In this document: piece by piece, positions 32,814 to 43,986 of the stretch
Layout: each line of letters opens with the position of its first letter
Numbering within the stretch: position 1 is the first letter of the stretch
From: Bacteroidota bacterium
GTDB taxonomy: Bacteria > Bacteroidota > Bacteroidia > AKYH767-A > OLB10
Direction of reading: 5' to 3'
DNA length: 64,000 nt
Assembly: GCA_016721435.1 (NCBI GenBank)
Contig: JADKIC010000003.1
Location: forward strand, 117,102-181,101
Translations under genes and position numbers: made by a program
Notes under the pieces: generated by a model
What the model saw: the letters and a program-made list of their open reading frames with translations, nothing else
Told to the model about the DNA's origin: nothing
The model's database searches: none

Positions 32814-35800
32814 ATGATAAGGAATGTCTACTTAACACTAGTGCTTTTATTTCTGACTACTGCCGGCGCTATTGCGCAAACTGGCGCTATCAGAGGTAAA
32901 ATTCTGGACAAAGCTACCAAGGAACCATTGCCATTTGCCTCGGTAGTTGCAGAAATGAATGGAACCCAAGTTGGTGGTTCCCAGTCGGATTTTGAAGGAG
33001 AATATACCATCAAACCGCTGCAACCGGGAAGTTACACCCTCAAAGTAACGTATGTTGGTTATACCGATCTGGTAATTACCGGAGTACTGGTATCGAATGA
33101 CAAGATTACCTTCCAGGATCTTTCAGTTGGTAAAAAGGTGACGGAAACCAAAGAGGTGGAAATCATTGCCTACAAAGTGCCTTTGATTGATAGAGGTAAT
33201 ACTTCTGTAGGAGCAACACTTACCCGTGAGGAAATTGAAGCTGCCCCAACCCGGGATGTGCGTTCGGTGGCTTCTCAGGCCGCAGGTGTCTTTCAAAAAG
33301 ATGATGGAGACGGCGTTAACGTTCGTGGATCGAGGACAGAAGCAACCGATTACTATGTAGATGGTATTCGTATTAGAGGTAGTACCAATCTTCCACAAGC
33401 CGGTGTCGAGCAAGTCACAACTATTGTTGGAGGTACGCCTGCTCAGTATGGTGATGCTACCGGTGGTATCATCAGTATTACCACCAGAGGTCCATCAAAG
33501 GATTTCTCCGGTGGAATCGAAGTAGTGACTTCAGAAGTGTTGGATCAGTTTGGATACAATCTTGTTTCCGGTAATTTATCCGGTCCCATATTAAAAAGAA
33601 AGCTGGAAAATGGTGCCACTAAGTCGGTTCTTGGTTTCTTTATAAGCGGTGAGCTTCAGTTAGATAAAGATCCTGATCCATCTGCGATCGGTATGTATCG
33701 TCTTAAAGATGCTGTATATAATGACATGAAGCAAAATCCAATTCGCCCCTATCAAACAGCGAATGGCTTCGGTTTCGATAATGCAGCAGCATTTTTTATA
33801 CGAGGGACGATTTTAACAAAGTAGATAATAAAGAGAATGTTGATCAGTTGGGCTATCGTTTTACAGCTAAACTTGATTTCCAACCGGTGGATAATACTAC
33901 CTTTACATTAGGAGGTTCCTTTAACGTGAATGACCGTACCAGTTATGCTATTAACAGGGTGGCTTATAACTCGGAGGAAAATCCAAATATTAAGGATACG
34001 GATTATAGGATTTTTGCTCGAATTACGCAGCGAATTGCATCGACTTACAAGTCAGAAGAAGGTTCTAATTCATCTTCAGCATTCAGAAATGTTTACTTCT
34101 CCTTTCAGGCGGAATACAATAAAAATCAACAGTTGAATCAGGATCCTGATCATAAGGATGATTTTTGGCGCTATGGATGGTTTGGTCGTTTTCCGAATGC
34201 CCGCGTGAAAGGTTTCGTGCCTACCAGCATCGATTCTTTGGGCTTCCTGGTGGAAACGCCCATTTATCTCGATAATTTCAGTTATGAGCCGGTTGGAGTA
34301 AATCCTTTAAGTGAAGCATATAATATCTCGGCTTATGATTTCCTTCAATCTGCTACAGGTTCTTCAACGTTTAATAATATCAATACTATTCGTGGTCCGG
34401 GTGGAATACGTAACGGTGATGGTGTGGCCAGTGTGATGGCTATTTGGGAAGCGATGGGTAATGGAAGAAATTTATACCAGAATTTCGATAATGATCAGTA
34501 CCGTTTCACCTTGAGTGGTAACGCTGATATTAAAAAGCATGCCATTCAGGTTGGTTTTGAATTTGAACAACGTATTGATCGTGCTTACAGCCTTGGACCT
34601 CGCGGATTATGGACACTGGGTCGTTTATTCGCCAATGACCTGAATAAATTATTGTTAGTTGATCAAAGTAATCTGATCAGTTCAGACACGAACTTCGTTG
34701 ATGGAACAGTAAGAAATGACTACGGAACCGGTTATGTCCCTGTAGTGGATGGAGACGGTAATATCGTTAACGGTTTCTATGAAAATTTACGTAGCGGGCT
34801 TGGTGTTGCCAACAATCAATACGTGGATTTCGATGCCCTTAGCCCGGAACAACTTGACATCGGTATGTTTACTGCTGATGAACTTATCCTTAATAATGTG
34901 GTTGGTGGATATTATGGTTTCGATTATAAAGGAGATAAGTTCACCGGTACTACCACCTTTAAAGATTTCTTCACCAAGAAAGTAAACGGTGTATATACCC
35001 GTGAAATTGATGCTTTCCGTCCAACTTATCTGGCCGCTTATATTCAGGATAACTTCGCCATCGATAACTTGAATTTCAATATTGGTTTACGTGTGGATCG
35101 TTTCGATGCAAATCAAAAGCAATTGAAGGATCGTTATCTTTTATTAGATGCATATAATGTAGGTGACTTCCCTGTAGCCATTGCCGGAAAACCTGATAAT
35201 ATCGGGAATGACTTCATTCCTTATATCGCCAATGCAAATGATTTAACCTCTGTAATCGGTTATCGTGATGGAGATGTATGGTATGACGCAACAGGACAAA
35301 TTGTAAGCAATCCTGATTTGATCGCACAGAAATCTTCATCCGGTCTTATCCTTCCTGCTAAAAAGGATGGTGCCGGAACTGTTGCAGGAGAAGATTGGAA
35401 TGTAGATGCTGTTTTCCAGGATTATGAACCTCAAATTGTAGTGATGCCTCGTGTTGCATTTAGTTTCTCGATTACTGATCAGGCGCAATTCTTCGCACAC
35501 TATGATGTATTGACTCAACGTCCTACTTCTAACCTTAGAAATGATCCGATGGAATATCTGGCATTGATTCGTAACCCTGATGGTTTGATAAACAATGCAG
35601 GACTTCTTCCTGAGCGTACTACAGATTATGAAATTGGATTCAAACAAGTAGTAAGTAAGAGTTCTGCATTCACCATTTCTGCCTTCTACCGTGAAATGAA
35701 GAATATGATACAAGCAACGAAAGTGAATTTTGCCTATCCGTTTACCTATACTTCCTATGCGAACATCGATTTCGGTACAGTAAAAGGTATGTCATTGATT

Positions 35801-36499
35801 TATGACTTACGTCGTACCGGTAATGTAAGAATGCTGGCTAACTATACACTTCAGTTTGCAGATGGTACCGGTTCAGGTGCCACATCAAACATTGAGTTGA
35901 CCGATACGGAACAACCCAATATCCGCTTCATTGTTCCTTTAGATTTCGATACCCGTCATGCCTTCACCTTATCACTTGACTATCGTTACGGCGAAGGAAG
36001 TGCTTATAATGGTCCGATGTTATGGGGTAAGCCCTTCCTTCAGAATACCGGAGCGAATCTGGTATTCCGTACGAATTCCGGAACTCCTTATACCCGTCAG
36101 GCACGTGCCACTCGTGAGGGAGCAGCTATCGGCTGGCAGGATAATGGTCAGCGTGTAGTTGAAGGAGTAATCAACGGAGCACGTACTCCATGGCAGTTCA
36201 GGATTGATGCACGAATTGAAAAGGATTTCAATCTGAAACTAAGCGAAAAGAAGAAAGCTACATTGAATGTTTACCTGTGGGTGCAGAACGTACTGAATAC
36301 ACAAAATGTAACCGGTGTTTACCGTGCAACAGGTAATGCGGAAGATGATGGATTTATTAATTCACCTGACGGACAGCAGCTCGCAAGCGCTCAAACAGAT
36401 CCACAGGCATTTATTGATCAATATAACATTCGCATTCAGAATCCTGATAACTACAGTTTACCACGCAGAACAAGACTTGGTCTTCGTTTTGACTTCTAA
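32814..36499 (+). pseudogene. Large outer-membrane TonB-dependent-receptor-like protein (CarbopepD_reg N-domain + plug + beta-barrel), frameshift in T6 run near 33795
   Basis: Signal peptide, carboxypeptidase-regulatory-like domain (IRGKILDKATKEPLPFASVV...YTLKVTYVGYTD), plug-like segment, about 880-aa barrel ending RLGLRFDF; ORFs 32814-33824 and 33848-36499 are in frames offset by 1. Confidence 0.55.
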
Positions 36500-36531
36500 T
36501 CTGAACCACTACAAACTCGTAAAAAAACGCT

Positions 36532-39500
36532 ATGAAAATATTTCGATATAAGATCACGCTAAGCCTTGTGCTTATGTTAGCGGGGTCAGCAGCTACGTTT
36601 GCTAAGATGAACGTGGGTGCAAATCGTTTGGCTTCAGTACCCAATACCGGAGCAAAAACTGCCGCCGCCTGTCCTGTTACTCAAGCACAGATTGACCTGG
36701 ATGTAAATCAGGTGCGTGCCCGTGTACTGGTTGGTGGAGACTTATGGTGGGATCCATTCGGACAAACCCCCTATTATGAAGTGCCTATCGGTTCTAATAA
36801 AAATGCCCTTTACTCAGGCGCATTGTGGATCGGAGGTTTTGATCAAAGTAATCAGTTGCTCGTTGCGGCTCAAACCTACCGTCAGCAAGGTGCTAATGAT
36901 TTCTGGGGAGGTCCAATATCCAGAGATAATGGTACCGGCGCCATCAGCATTTCGGATGCACGCTGTCTGGAGTTTGATAAGTTCTGGACTATCAAAAGAG
37001 AAGATGTAGAGAACTTCCTTGCCAATGGAGTAACTACACCGGATATTGAGTCATGGCCGGGGAATGGAAATGTGGCAAATGGAGAACTTCCGTTTTTGGC
37101 TCCTTATTTTGATGCCAATAATGATGGTACTTATAATCATGAAGACGGTGATTATCCCTATTTTAAATTAGATGGTGATTATCCTACTGATCCGAATACC
37201 AATGAAACAGTATGTAATGATTACATCTTCGGTGATGAATCTATCTGGTGGGTATTTAATGATGTTGGTAACAGTAAAACGGAAACGAATAGTAATCCTA
37301 TCGGTTTAGAGATCAGAGCACAGGCATTTGCATTCAATACCACAAATAATGTGAATTTCATGACCTTTTATAAATACCAGGTCATCAATAGATCCAGTAA
37401 CGAATTGGATTCAACTTACTTTGGAGTATGGTGTGACCCGGATCTTGGAAATGCATCAGATGACTATGTAGGTTGTGATGTGGGATTGGGATTAGGTTAT
37501 TGCTACAATGGTGACCCGGATGATGATGGTGGTGGTGGTTATGGTTTAAATCCTCCTGCTGTTGGTATAGATTTCTTCCAGGGACCTTTAGCAGATTTGA
37601 ATGATGGTGTCGATAACAATAAAGACGGTCGCGTGGATGAGCCCGGTGAGCAAATTACCATGTCTCGTTTTGTCTATTATGAAAACGTAAATAATGTTCC
37701 GAATGGTAATCCGGCAGTAACGGATGATTATTATGAATACCTCAGCGGAAGCTGGTTGGATGGTGCGCCGATTACTTACGGCGGAAATGGAAAAGGAATT
37801 GGACCCGGTGCTACAACAACACCTTGTGAGTACATGTTCCCCGGAACTACAGACCCTAAATTCTCTACACCATGGACAATGGTAACTGCAGGAATCCAAC
37901 CTACAGATATGCGTTGGTTACAGTCTGCCGGTATTTTTACCTTGCAGCCGGGAGCAGTTAATTACATTACAACGGGTGTGGTTTGGGGTCGTGCAACAGC
38001 AGGTGGTCCTTTAGCTTCCGTTGAAGTGATCAAACGTTCTGACGATTTAGCACAACGATTATTTAATAACTGTTTCCAGGTATTGGATGGTCCGGATGCT
38101 CCTGAAGTAGCTATTCGCGAAATGGATCAACAGATTATTTTATCATTGGAGAATACAAGAAATGATAAAGTAGAATTGTATTCACAGTTTGATAAAAATA
38201 TACCCGGTGTTATAGCGGATCAGATCAATGATTCTACTATCGTATACGATACTTTGTCTATCGAAGAAAGAAGCTATAAGTTTCAAGGGTATAAAGTGTA
38301 TCAGGTAAGTGATGAGAACGTTTCTATCTCTGATATCAGTGATCCTGCAAAGGCAAAATTGCTTGCACAAATCGACCTTGAAGATGACGTTACGAAATTG
38401 GTGAATTACTCCTTCGATAATAACCTGCAGGCCTTTATACCAAGTCAGAAAACCGATGATATTAATGCCGGAATTACTCATAATTTTATCATCACGCAGG
38501 ATCAGTTTACATTGAAGCCTTTGGCAAATTACAGTCCATATTACTTCATGGTAATTTCTTATGCAAGTAATAACTATAGAACATTTGATGCATTTTCACC
38601 GGATCCTGTGCAAACACAGGCAGAACCTTATCTTCAAGGTCGTAAAAATGTGAAAATCTATTCAGCGATTCCGCATAAGCCTGTCGTGAACAACGGTGGA
38701 ACGGTAATGAATGCAGCTTTTGGAGATGGATTTAAAATTAAACGCATTGAAGGAACCGGCAACGGTGGAAATGTATTGGATTTGACCAGCGAAACAGTAG
38801 CAGAGATTTTAGGAAGTGCAGACAATAGAGCTGTGAATCCTGTTTATGAAGCAGGACTAGGCCCTATCGATGTGAGTATTTATGATCCTTTGAAAGTGAA
38901 AGGTGGTGGTTTCAGAGTTCGTTTCAATGGAGTTGCAGATGACTCCAGATACTTCATTGAAAATAATCCTGCAGGAACACTAATAGACAGTAGTTTATTC
39001 ACTTTGAGCAATCCTTATGAGCAATTGTTGGAGAACAATAAAATCGCTTTCAATATTTTCAAAATCACCGGACAAGAACCCGGAGATGGATCAGATGAAA
39101 ACGGTTTCCTTGAAGCTACACTTACCTATTCAAATCCGGCTAAACCCTGGTTAACAGGTGTAGCTGATGTGGATGGTTCACCCACCAGAGATTGGATTCT
39201 CTCCGGAACAGAATCAACGGATTTGGCTGCCGCCGGAATACCTTTAGATCGTAATTCGATTTATGAAGGAGTACTGGAAGGTACATGGGCGCCATATAAA
39301 TGGTTGCGCGTGCTGCTGTTGGAGCACCAAAGTTGAATTCCTCCATTGTGGATGTGTTATCAAAATGGACATCATTGGCGAGTGTGGATGTGGTGTTTAC
39401 ATCTGATAAAAATAAATGGACACGCTGCTCTGTGGTTGAAACAGGTGAAGATACTATGCCAAATATTGGAGCTGCTAAAAAGTTTGATAAACGCAGATCT

Positions 39501-40463
39501 CCTTCTGTGGATAAGAATGGTGTTGCAGGCGATGGTGTAGTTTCCACGGATCCGAATGATGCAGACTTCGTTTCGGCTACAGGTATGGGTTGGTTCCCGG
39601 GTTATGCAATTAATGTAGAAACAGGAGAGCGCTTGAATATTGCATTCGGTGAGAATTCATCATTAGTTGGAGAAAATAGCCAGGATATGATTTGGAATCC
39701 TACCTCTAATATCGGTACTGATGCAAATGGCAGATTAGCATTTGGTGGTATGCATTATATATACATCTTCAATAAAAATGGAGTTCTCGCTACTGATATT
39801 CCAATTTATGATAATGGTGTGAGAGTGGATTCTTTACTGAATACCTTAAATGCAGTTGCGAAACGGAATGTGTTCAAAGATTGTATCTGGACTTCATTAC
39901 CATTGGCTCTTGGCGGAAATCCGCTGTTAGCTACTGACGCGAAAGTACGATTACGAGTTGCGAAGAATTACAGAACATTTACTTCGAGCAACACTGCTCA
40001 GGTGAATGGAGGGAATCCCTTGTACGAATTTGATATTCCTCAATCATCTGTGGCCAGTACAGGTCAAACGGAAGCAGCCAAGGACGCACTGGATTTAATT
40101 AGAGTTGTTCCAAATCCATACTATGCGTATTCGACGTATGAAAAAACACGTAAGGATCAGTTGGATAATAGAGTTCGTGTAACTAATCTGCCAAGCAAGT
40201 GTACAGTTTCGATTTATACAATCAATGGAACCTTGATTCGTCAGTTCAAACGCGACTTCCAGAGTGATGTGTCAGATGGACTTGCAGTTGTGGAAGGTCA
40301 GGACTTTAATCAGGCGACAACGCTGGATTGGGATCTGAAAAATACTGCCGGTATTACTGTGGCTAGCGGCGTTTACATTATTCATGTGGATGCAGGTTAT
40401 CTTGGTGAAAAAGTGGTAAAATGGTTCGGAGTTATGAGACCAATAGATCTTGATTCTTTCTGA
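36532..40463 (+). pseudogene. porU: Candidate T9SS protein PorU (large secreted protein with retained CTD), frameshift near 39320
   Basis: About 1310 aa over ORFs 36532-39336 and 39300-40463; signal peptide; C-terminal T9SS CTD-like tail (VVPNPYY...VSIYTINGTLIRQF...GVYIIHVDAGYLGEKVVKWFGVMRP). Lies immediately upstream of porV, the conserved porU-porV arrangement. Assignment is positional and CTD-based, not by catalytic motif. Confidence 0.4.
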
Positions 40464-40497
40464 TTAGTTAATTGTAAAATAACAACCCTGAATTCGT

Positions 40498-41560
40498 ATG
40501 AAAAAACTTCTAAATTATATATCAATTGTTAGTGTAGCTCTTGGATGGACGGGAGCACCTGCCTTCGCCGGTAATGAAGACCGTGCAGGTCAGGCGAGAG
40601 CGAATGAGCTGCTCATCAACCCATGGGCCCGAACGGCAGGTTGGGGTGGATGTAACATCGCTCTGGTTAGAGGTGTGGAAGCCTTAAGTTTAAATGTGGC
40701 CGGAATGGCGCATAATAAAGGCACCGAAGTTACTTTCGCTCAAACCGATTGGATGAAAGGTTCTGATATCAAAATTTCAGCCTTTGGTCTGGCACAGAAA
40801 GTAGGGGAATCAGGATCACTTGGTCTTGCAGTTACCTCTATGAATTTCGGTGATATTGATCGTACTACGGAAGCTCAACCTGATGGTGGACTGGGTAAGT
40901 TCACACCACAGTTTCTGACGATTGCCTTCAGCTATGCAAAGAGTTTCAGCAATAGCATCTACGGAGGTTTGAGTGTTCGAATGATTTCTGAATCAATCAA
41001 TGATGTGAAGTCACAAGGTATCGTAGTGGATGCGGGTATTCAGTATGTAACCGGCTTTAACGAAGCGAAAGATGATCTGAAATTCGGGATTGCTCTTCGT
41101 AATGTGGAACTCCAATGAAGTTTGATGGCGAAGGTCTTTCTTTTAGAAATGATAATGCTTCCAGCAATATCAGTGTCCTTCAGCAACAGCGCGCAGAGCG
41201 TTTTGAAATGCCTTCATTAGTGGCAATTGGCGTATCTTATGATATTAAGTTGAAAGAAGAACACCGTCTTACCCCTTCATTGTCGTTCACAGCGAATTCA
41301 TTTATCCGTGATCAGATAGGACTTGGAGTAGAATATGGTTTCCGTCAGTTGTTCATGCTGCGTGCCGGATATACTTTCGATAAGAAAGATAGAAATGCCA
41401 TCGTTGATGATGAGATTTCTGCTTTGATCGGTCCAAGTGCCGGCGTGAGCGTGATGGTGCCCTCGGAAAATCCGGAAAGACATTCGGAATTGATTATGGT
41501 TACCGTGCAAACGAAACATTTGATGGTACACATACCATCGGTGCACGATTTAATCTCTAA
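40498..41560 (+). pseudogene. porV: T9SS outer-membrane shuttle protein PorV (LptO; FadL-like barrel), two frameshifts
   Basis: Signal peptide, PorV-family N-terminus (…AGNEDRAGQARANELLINPWARTAGWGGCNIAL…); frame slips near 41115 and 41470 restore the C-terminus ...ENPGKTFGIDYGYRANETFDGTHTIGARFNL*. Confidence 0.7.
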
Positions 41561-41580
41561 TCCGTTCTTGAAAATTAACC

Positions 41581-41625
41581 GGAAGACCTCTCCTGTTCAG
41601 GGAGAGGTCTTCCGCATTATTATTA
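41581..41625 (+). terminator. Rho-independent terminator after porV
   Basis: 13-bp perfect stem GGAAGACCTCTCC/GGAGAGGTCTTCC then U-rich tail. Confidence 0.6.
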
Positions 41626-41643
41626 TAACTAAGAAATTGTACT

Positions 41644-42123
41644 ATGTCAAAAATCACATACCTCACCGAAGAAGGATTGAAGAAATTACAGGAAGAGTTG
41701 AGTCACCTGAAGTCGGTGGAACGTCCTAGTATTTCCCGTCAGATTGCTGAAGCAAGAGATAAAGGTGATTTATCGGAAAATGCAGAGTATGACGCAGCAA
41801 AAGATGCACAAGGACTCCTGGAACTGAAGATCTCAAAAATGGAAGAGCTCGTTGCAAGCGCCCGCCTCATCGATGAATCAAAACTGGATATCTCAAAAGT
41901 ATCTGTTCTCTGTAAAGTGCGCATTAAGAACATTAGCAATAAGGCTGAAATGTCGTATATTCTCGTAGCAGAAAATGAGGCCGACCTGAAGTCCGGAAAA
42001 ATTTCCGTCTCTTCTCCCATAGGTAAAGGCTTGCTCGGAAAAAGAGTAGGTGAAGTAGCAGGCATCCAAACACCCGGCGGCATCATCAAATTTGAAGTGC
42101 TCGATATCGCCCTCTATCATTAG
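41644..42123 (+). CDS. greA: Transcription elongation factor GreA
   Basis: KLQEEL...DLSENAEYDAAKDAQ N-terminal coiled coil and FKBP-like C-domain. Confidence 0.9.
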   Translation: MSKITYLTEEGLKKLQEELSHLKSVERPSISRQIAEARDKGDLSENAEYDAAKDAQGLLELKISKMEELVASARLIDESKLDISKVSVLCKVRIKNISNKAEMSYILVAENEADLKSGKISVSSPIGKGLLGKRVGEVAGIQTPGGIIKFEVLDIALYH

Positions 42124-42222
42124 AGCGACAGTGGCAGTAAGAAATCCGCGCTAATCATTTAAATCCGTGTAATCGGCGTTCCTGATAAAATAGTATCTCA
42201 AAAACTTCTGTCTTTATTCACT

Positions 42223-42617
42223 ATGTCCACGCTCTTCACCCGCATCGTTAACGGAGAAATCCCCTGCCATAAAATCGCCGAGAATGAACATTTCCTCGCC
42301 TTCCTCGACATCATGCCTCTCGTGGAAGGCCATACGCTCGTCATTCCTAAACGTGAAGTAGATTATATTTTGATTTAAACGAAGACCTTTTCTCCGGACT
42401 CTGGCTGTTCGCAAAATCGATCGCACCCTCCATCGAAAAAGCCATCCCCTGTAAACGGATAGGCATCGCCGTTATCGGCCTCGAAGTCCCTCATGCGCAT
42501 ATTCACCTCGTGCCGCTTAATTCAATTGGTGATATTAATTTTTCAAAACCAAAACTTACTCCGACACAATCCGAATTAGCAGCAACTGCTAATAAAATAA
42601 TTTCTGCTATCAAATAG
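42223..42617 (+). pseudogene. HIT-family (histidine triad) nucleotide hydrolase, single frameshift in T-run near 42370
   Basis: MSTLFTRIVNGEIPCHKIAENEHFLAFLDIMPLVEGHTLVIPK... then, after a +1 slip, ...GLEVPHAHIHLVPL histidine triad. Confidence 0.75.
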
Positions 42618-42808
42618 TTGGTTTGCGTTAGCTAATTTTCATTTACAAGTAACTTTTTGCCGCTAGCTGCTTGCTTCTGGCTTCTTGCCGGTTACTCGGT
42701 AAAATAGAGAGCTACCTGCTTTTTTGAATCAGCTTATGTTTGGTGTGTGGTTATTGTCTTTTTAAACGGGATACTTCTTGAAAAAAGCAAGCAGCAAGCA
42801 GCAAGCAA

Positions 42809-43417
42809 CTACTTTTTCTCCCTACCGGGATTTTCAGTTATAAAAGCTGCCCATCCCGAATAGGATTTGCCGGACTTTTTTGCCGGTCCAACAATTTTTT
42901 TAGCTTTAGAAGTGGATTGCTCCAAAACGGTATTCGTTTGAAAATAATGGCATAATGCTACACCCACTGCATCCGTAGCATCCAGAAATTTTGGCGACTG
43001 CTCAAAGGCCAGTAAGCGCTGCAACATCGCCGACACTTGCTCCTTGGAGGCCGCCCCCTTGCCCGTAATGGATTGTTTGATGAGTCGTGGAGAATACCCG
43101 TACACCGGAATCTGATGCGATAATGCCGCCGCCATAGCCACTCCTTGCGCCCTTCCCAACTTCAGCATCGACTGTACATTTTTTCCGAAGAAGGGCTCCT
43201 CAATGGATAGCTCATCCGGATGATGGCGCTCAATCAACTGCACCACGAAATGAAAAATATCTTTCAACCGATCGAAATGAGAACTGCTTTTGTCAATTTT
43301 TAAAATGCCGGCCGAGATGAGTTTGAGCTTCGAACCACTGACACTGATGATCCCATAACCCATGACCAGCGTGCCGGGGTCAATACCTAAAATGATTCTC
43401 TCTTTCGCTTTCGTCAC
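42809..43417 (-). CDS. ruvC: Holliday-junction resolvase RuvC
   Basis: ILGIDPGTLVMGYGII catalytic Asp motif; GTG start. Confidence 0.9.
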   Translation of the reverse strand: MTKAKERIILGIDPGTLVMGYGIISVSGSKLKLISAGILKIDKSSSHFDRLKDIFHFVVQLIERHHPDELSIEEPFFGKNVQSMLKLGRAQGVAMAAALSHQIPVYGYSPRLIKQSITGKGAASKEQVSAMLQRLLAFEQSPKFLDATDAVGVALCHYFQTNTVLEQSTSKAKKIVGPAKKSGKSYSGWAAFITENPGREKK

Positions 43418-43950
43418 TGCTGCAAATGTGAGAGTTTTTTATGAAGTTCCCAGCAAACTATTCCGGCACATACTGACACATTTAACGAGTGCTTGGTGCC
43501 CTCTTGCCGGATCTCAATACTTCCATCGCAAAGATCAACCACCTCCTGACTCACCCCATCCATCTCATGCCCGAAAATAATGGCCGTGGCGGGTAATTGC
43601 GGAAGAAAATCCTCAAGCGAAATGCTCTCCTGCACCTGCTCCAAAGCATAGACTTTTACCCCTTCACTTTGAAGCTTTTTTACAGCGGAAAGCGTGTCCT
43701 TATCATACTCCCAGGGCACTGATGATGTGGCACCAAGAGCCGTTTTTAAAACTTCCTTGTGAGGCGGTTGTGCAGTAATACCGCAGAGAATAATTTTCCC
43801 GATCCGGAAGGCATCCGCACTCCTGAAAACAGAGCCAACATTGAGGGCGCTGCGTACATTATCCAGTATCAAAATAATTGGTAATTTCTTTATCTGTTGA
43901 TAAGCAGTGAGGTCGGGGCGACCGAGTTCTTCGTTGGTTAGCTTCTGCAC
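43414..43950 (-). CDS. SpoU/TrmH-family RNA 2'-O-methyltransferase
   Basis: SPOUT motifs (LDNVRSALNVGSVFRSADAF, GHEMDGVS, NVSVCAGIV). Confidence 0.8.
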   Translation of the reverse strand: MQKLTNEELGRPDLTAYQQIKKLPIILILDNVRSALNVGSVFRSADAFRIGKIILCGITAQPPHKEVLKTALGATSSVPWEYDKDTLSAVKKLQSEGVKVYALEQVQESISLEDFLPQLPATAIIFGHEMDGVSQEVVDLCDGSIEIRQEGTKHSLNVSVCAGIVCWELHKKLSHLQQ

Positions 43951-43986
43951 GCGAATGGGTATCTTAGCGCAAAGTTAAGTATAGCC

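Noticed and set aside
36532-40463. Alternative identity of the porU candidate as a generic adhesin or gliding-motility CTD protein
   Set aside because: Not fully rejected. The porU label is kept at low confidence because of the conserved position upstream of porV, but no catalytic motif was recognised by eye.
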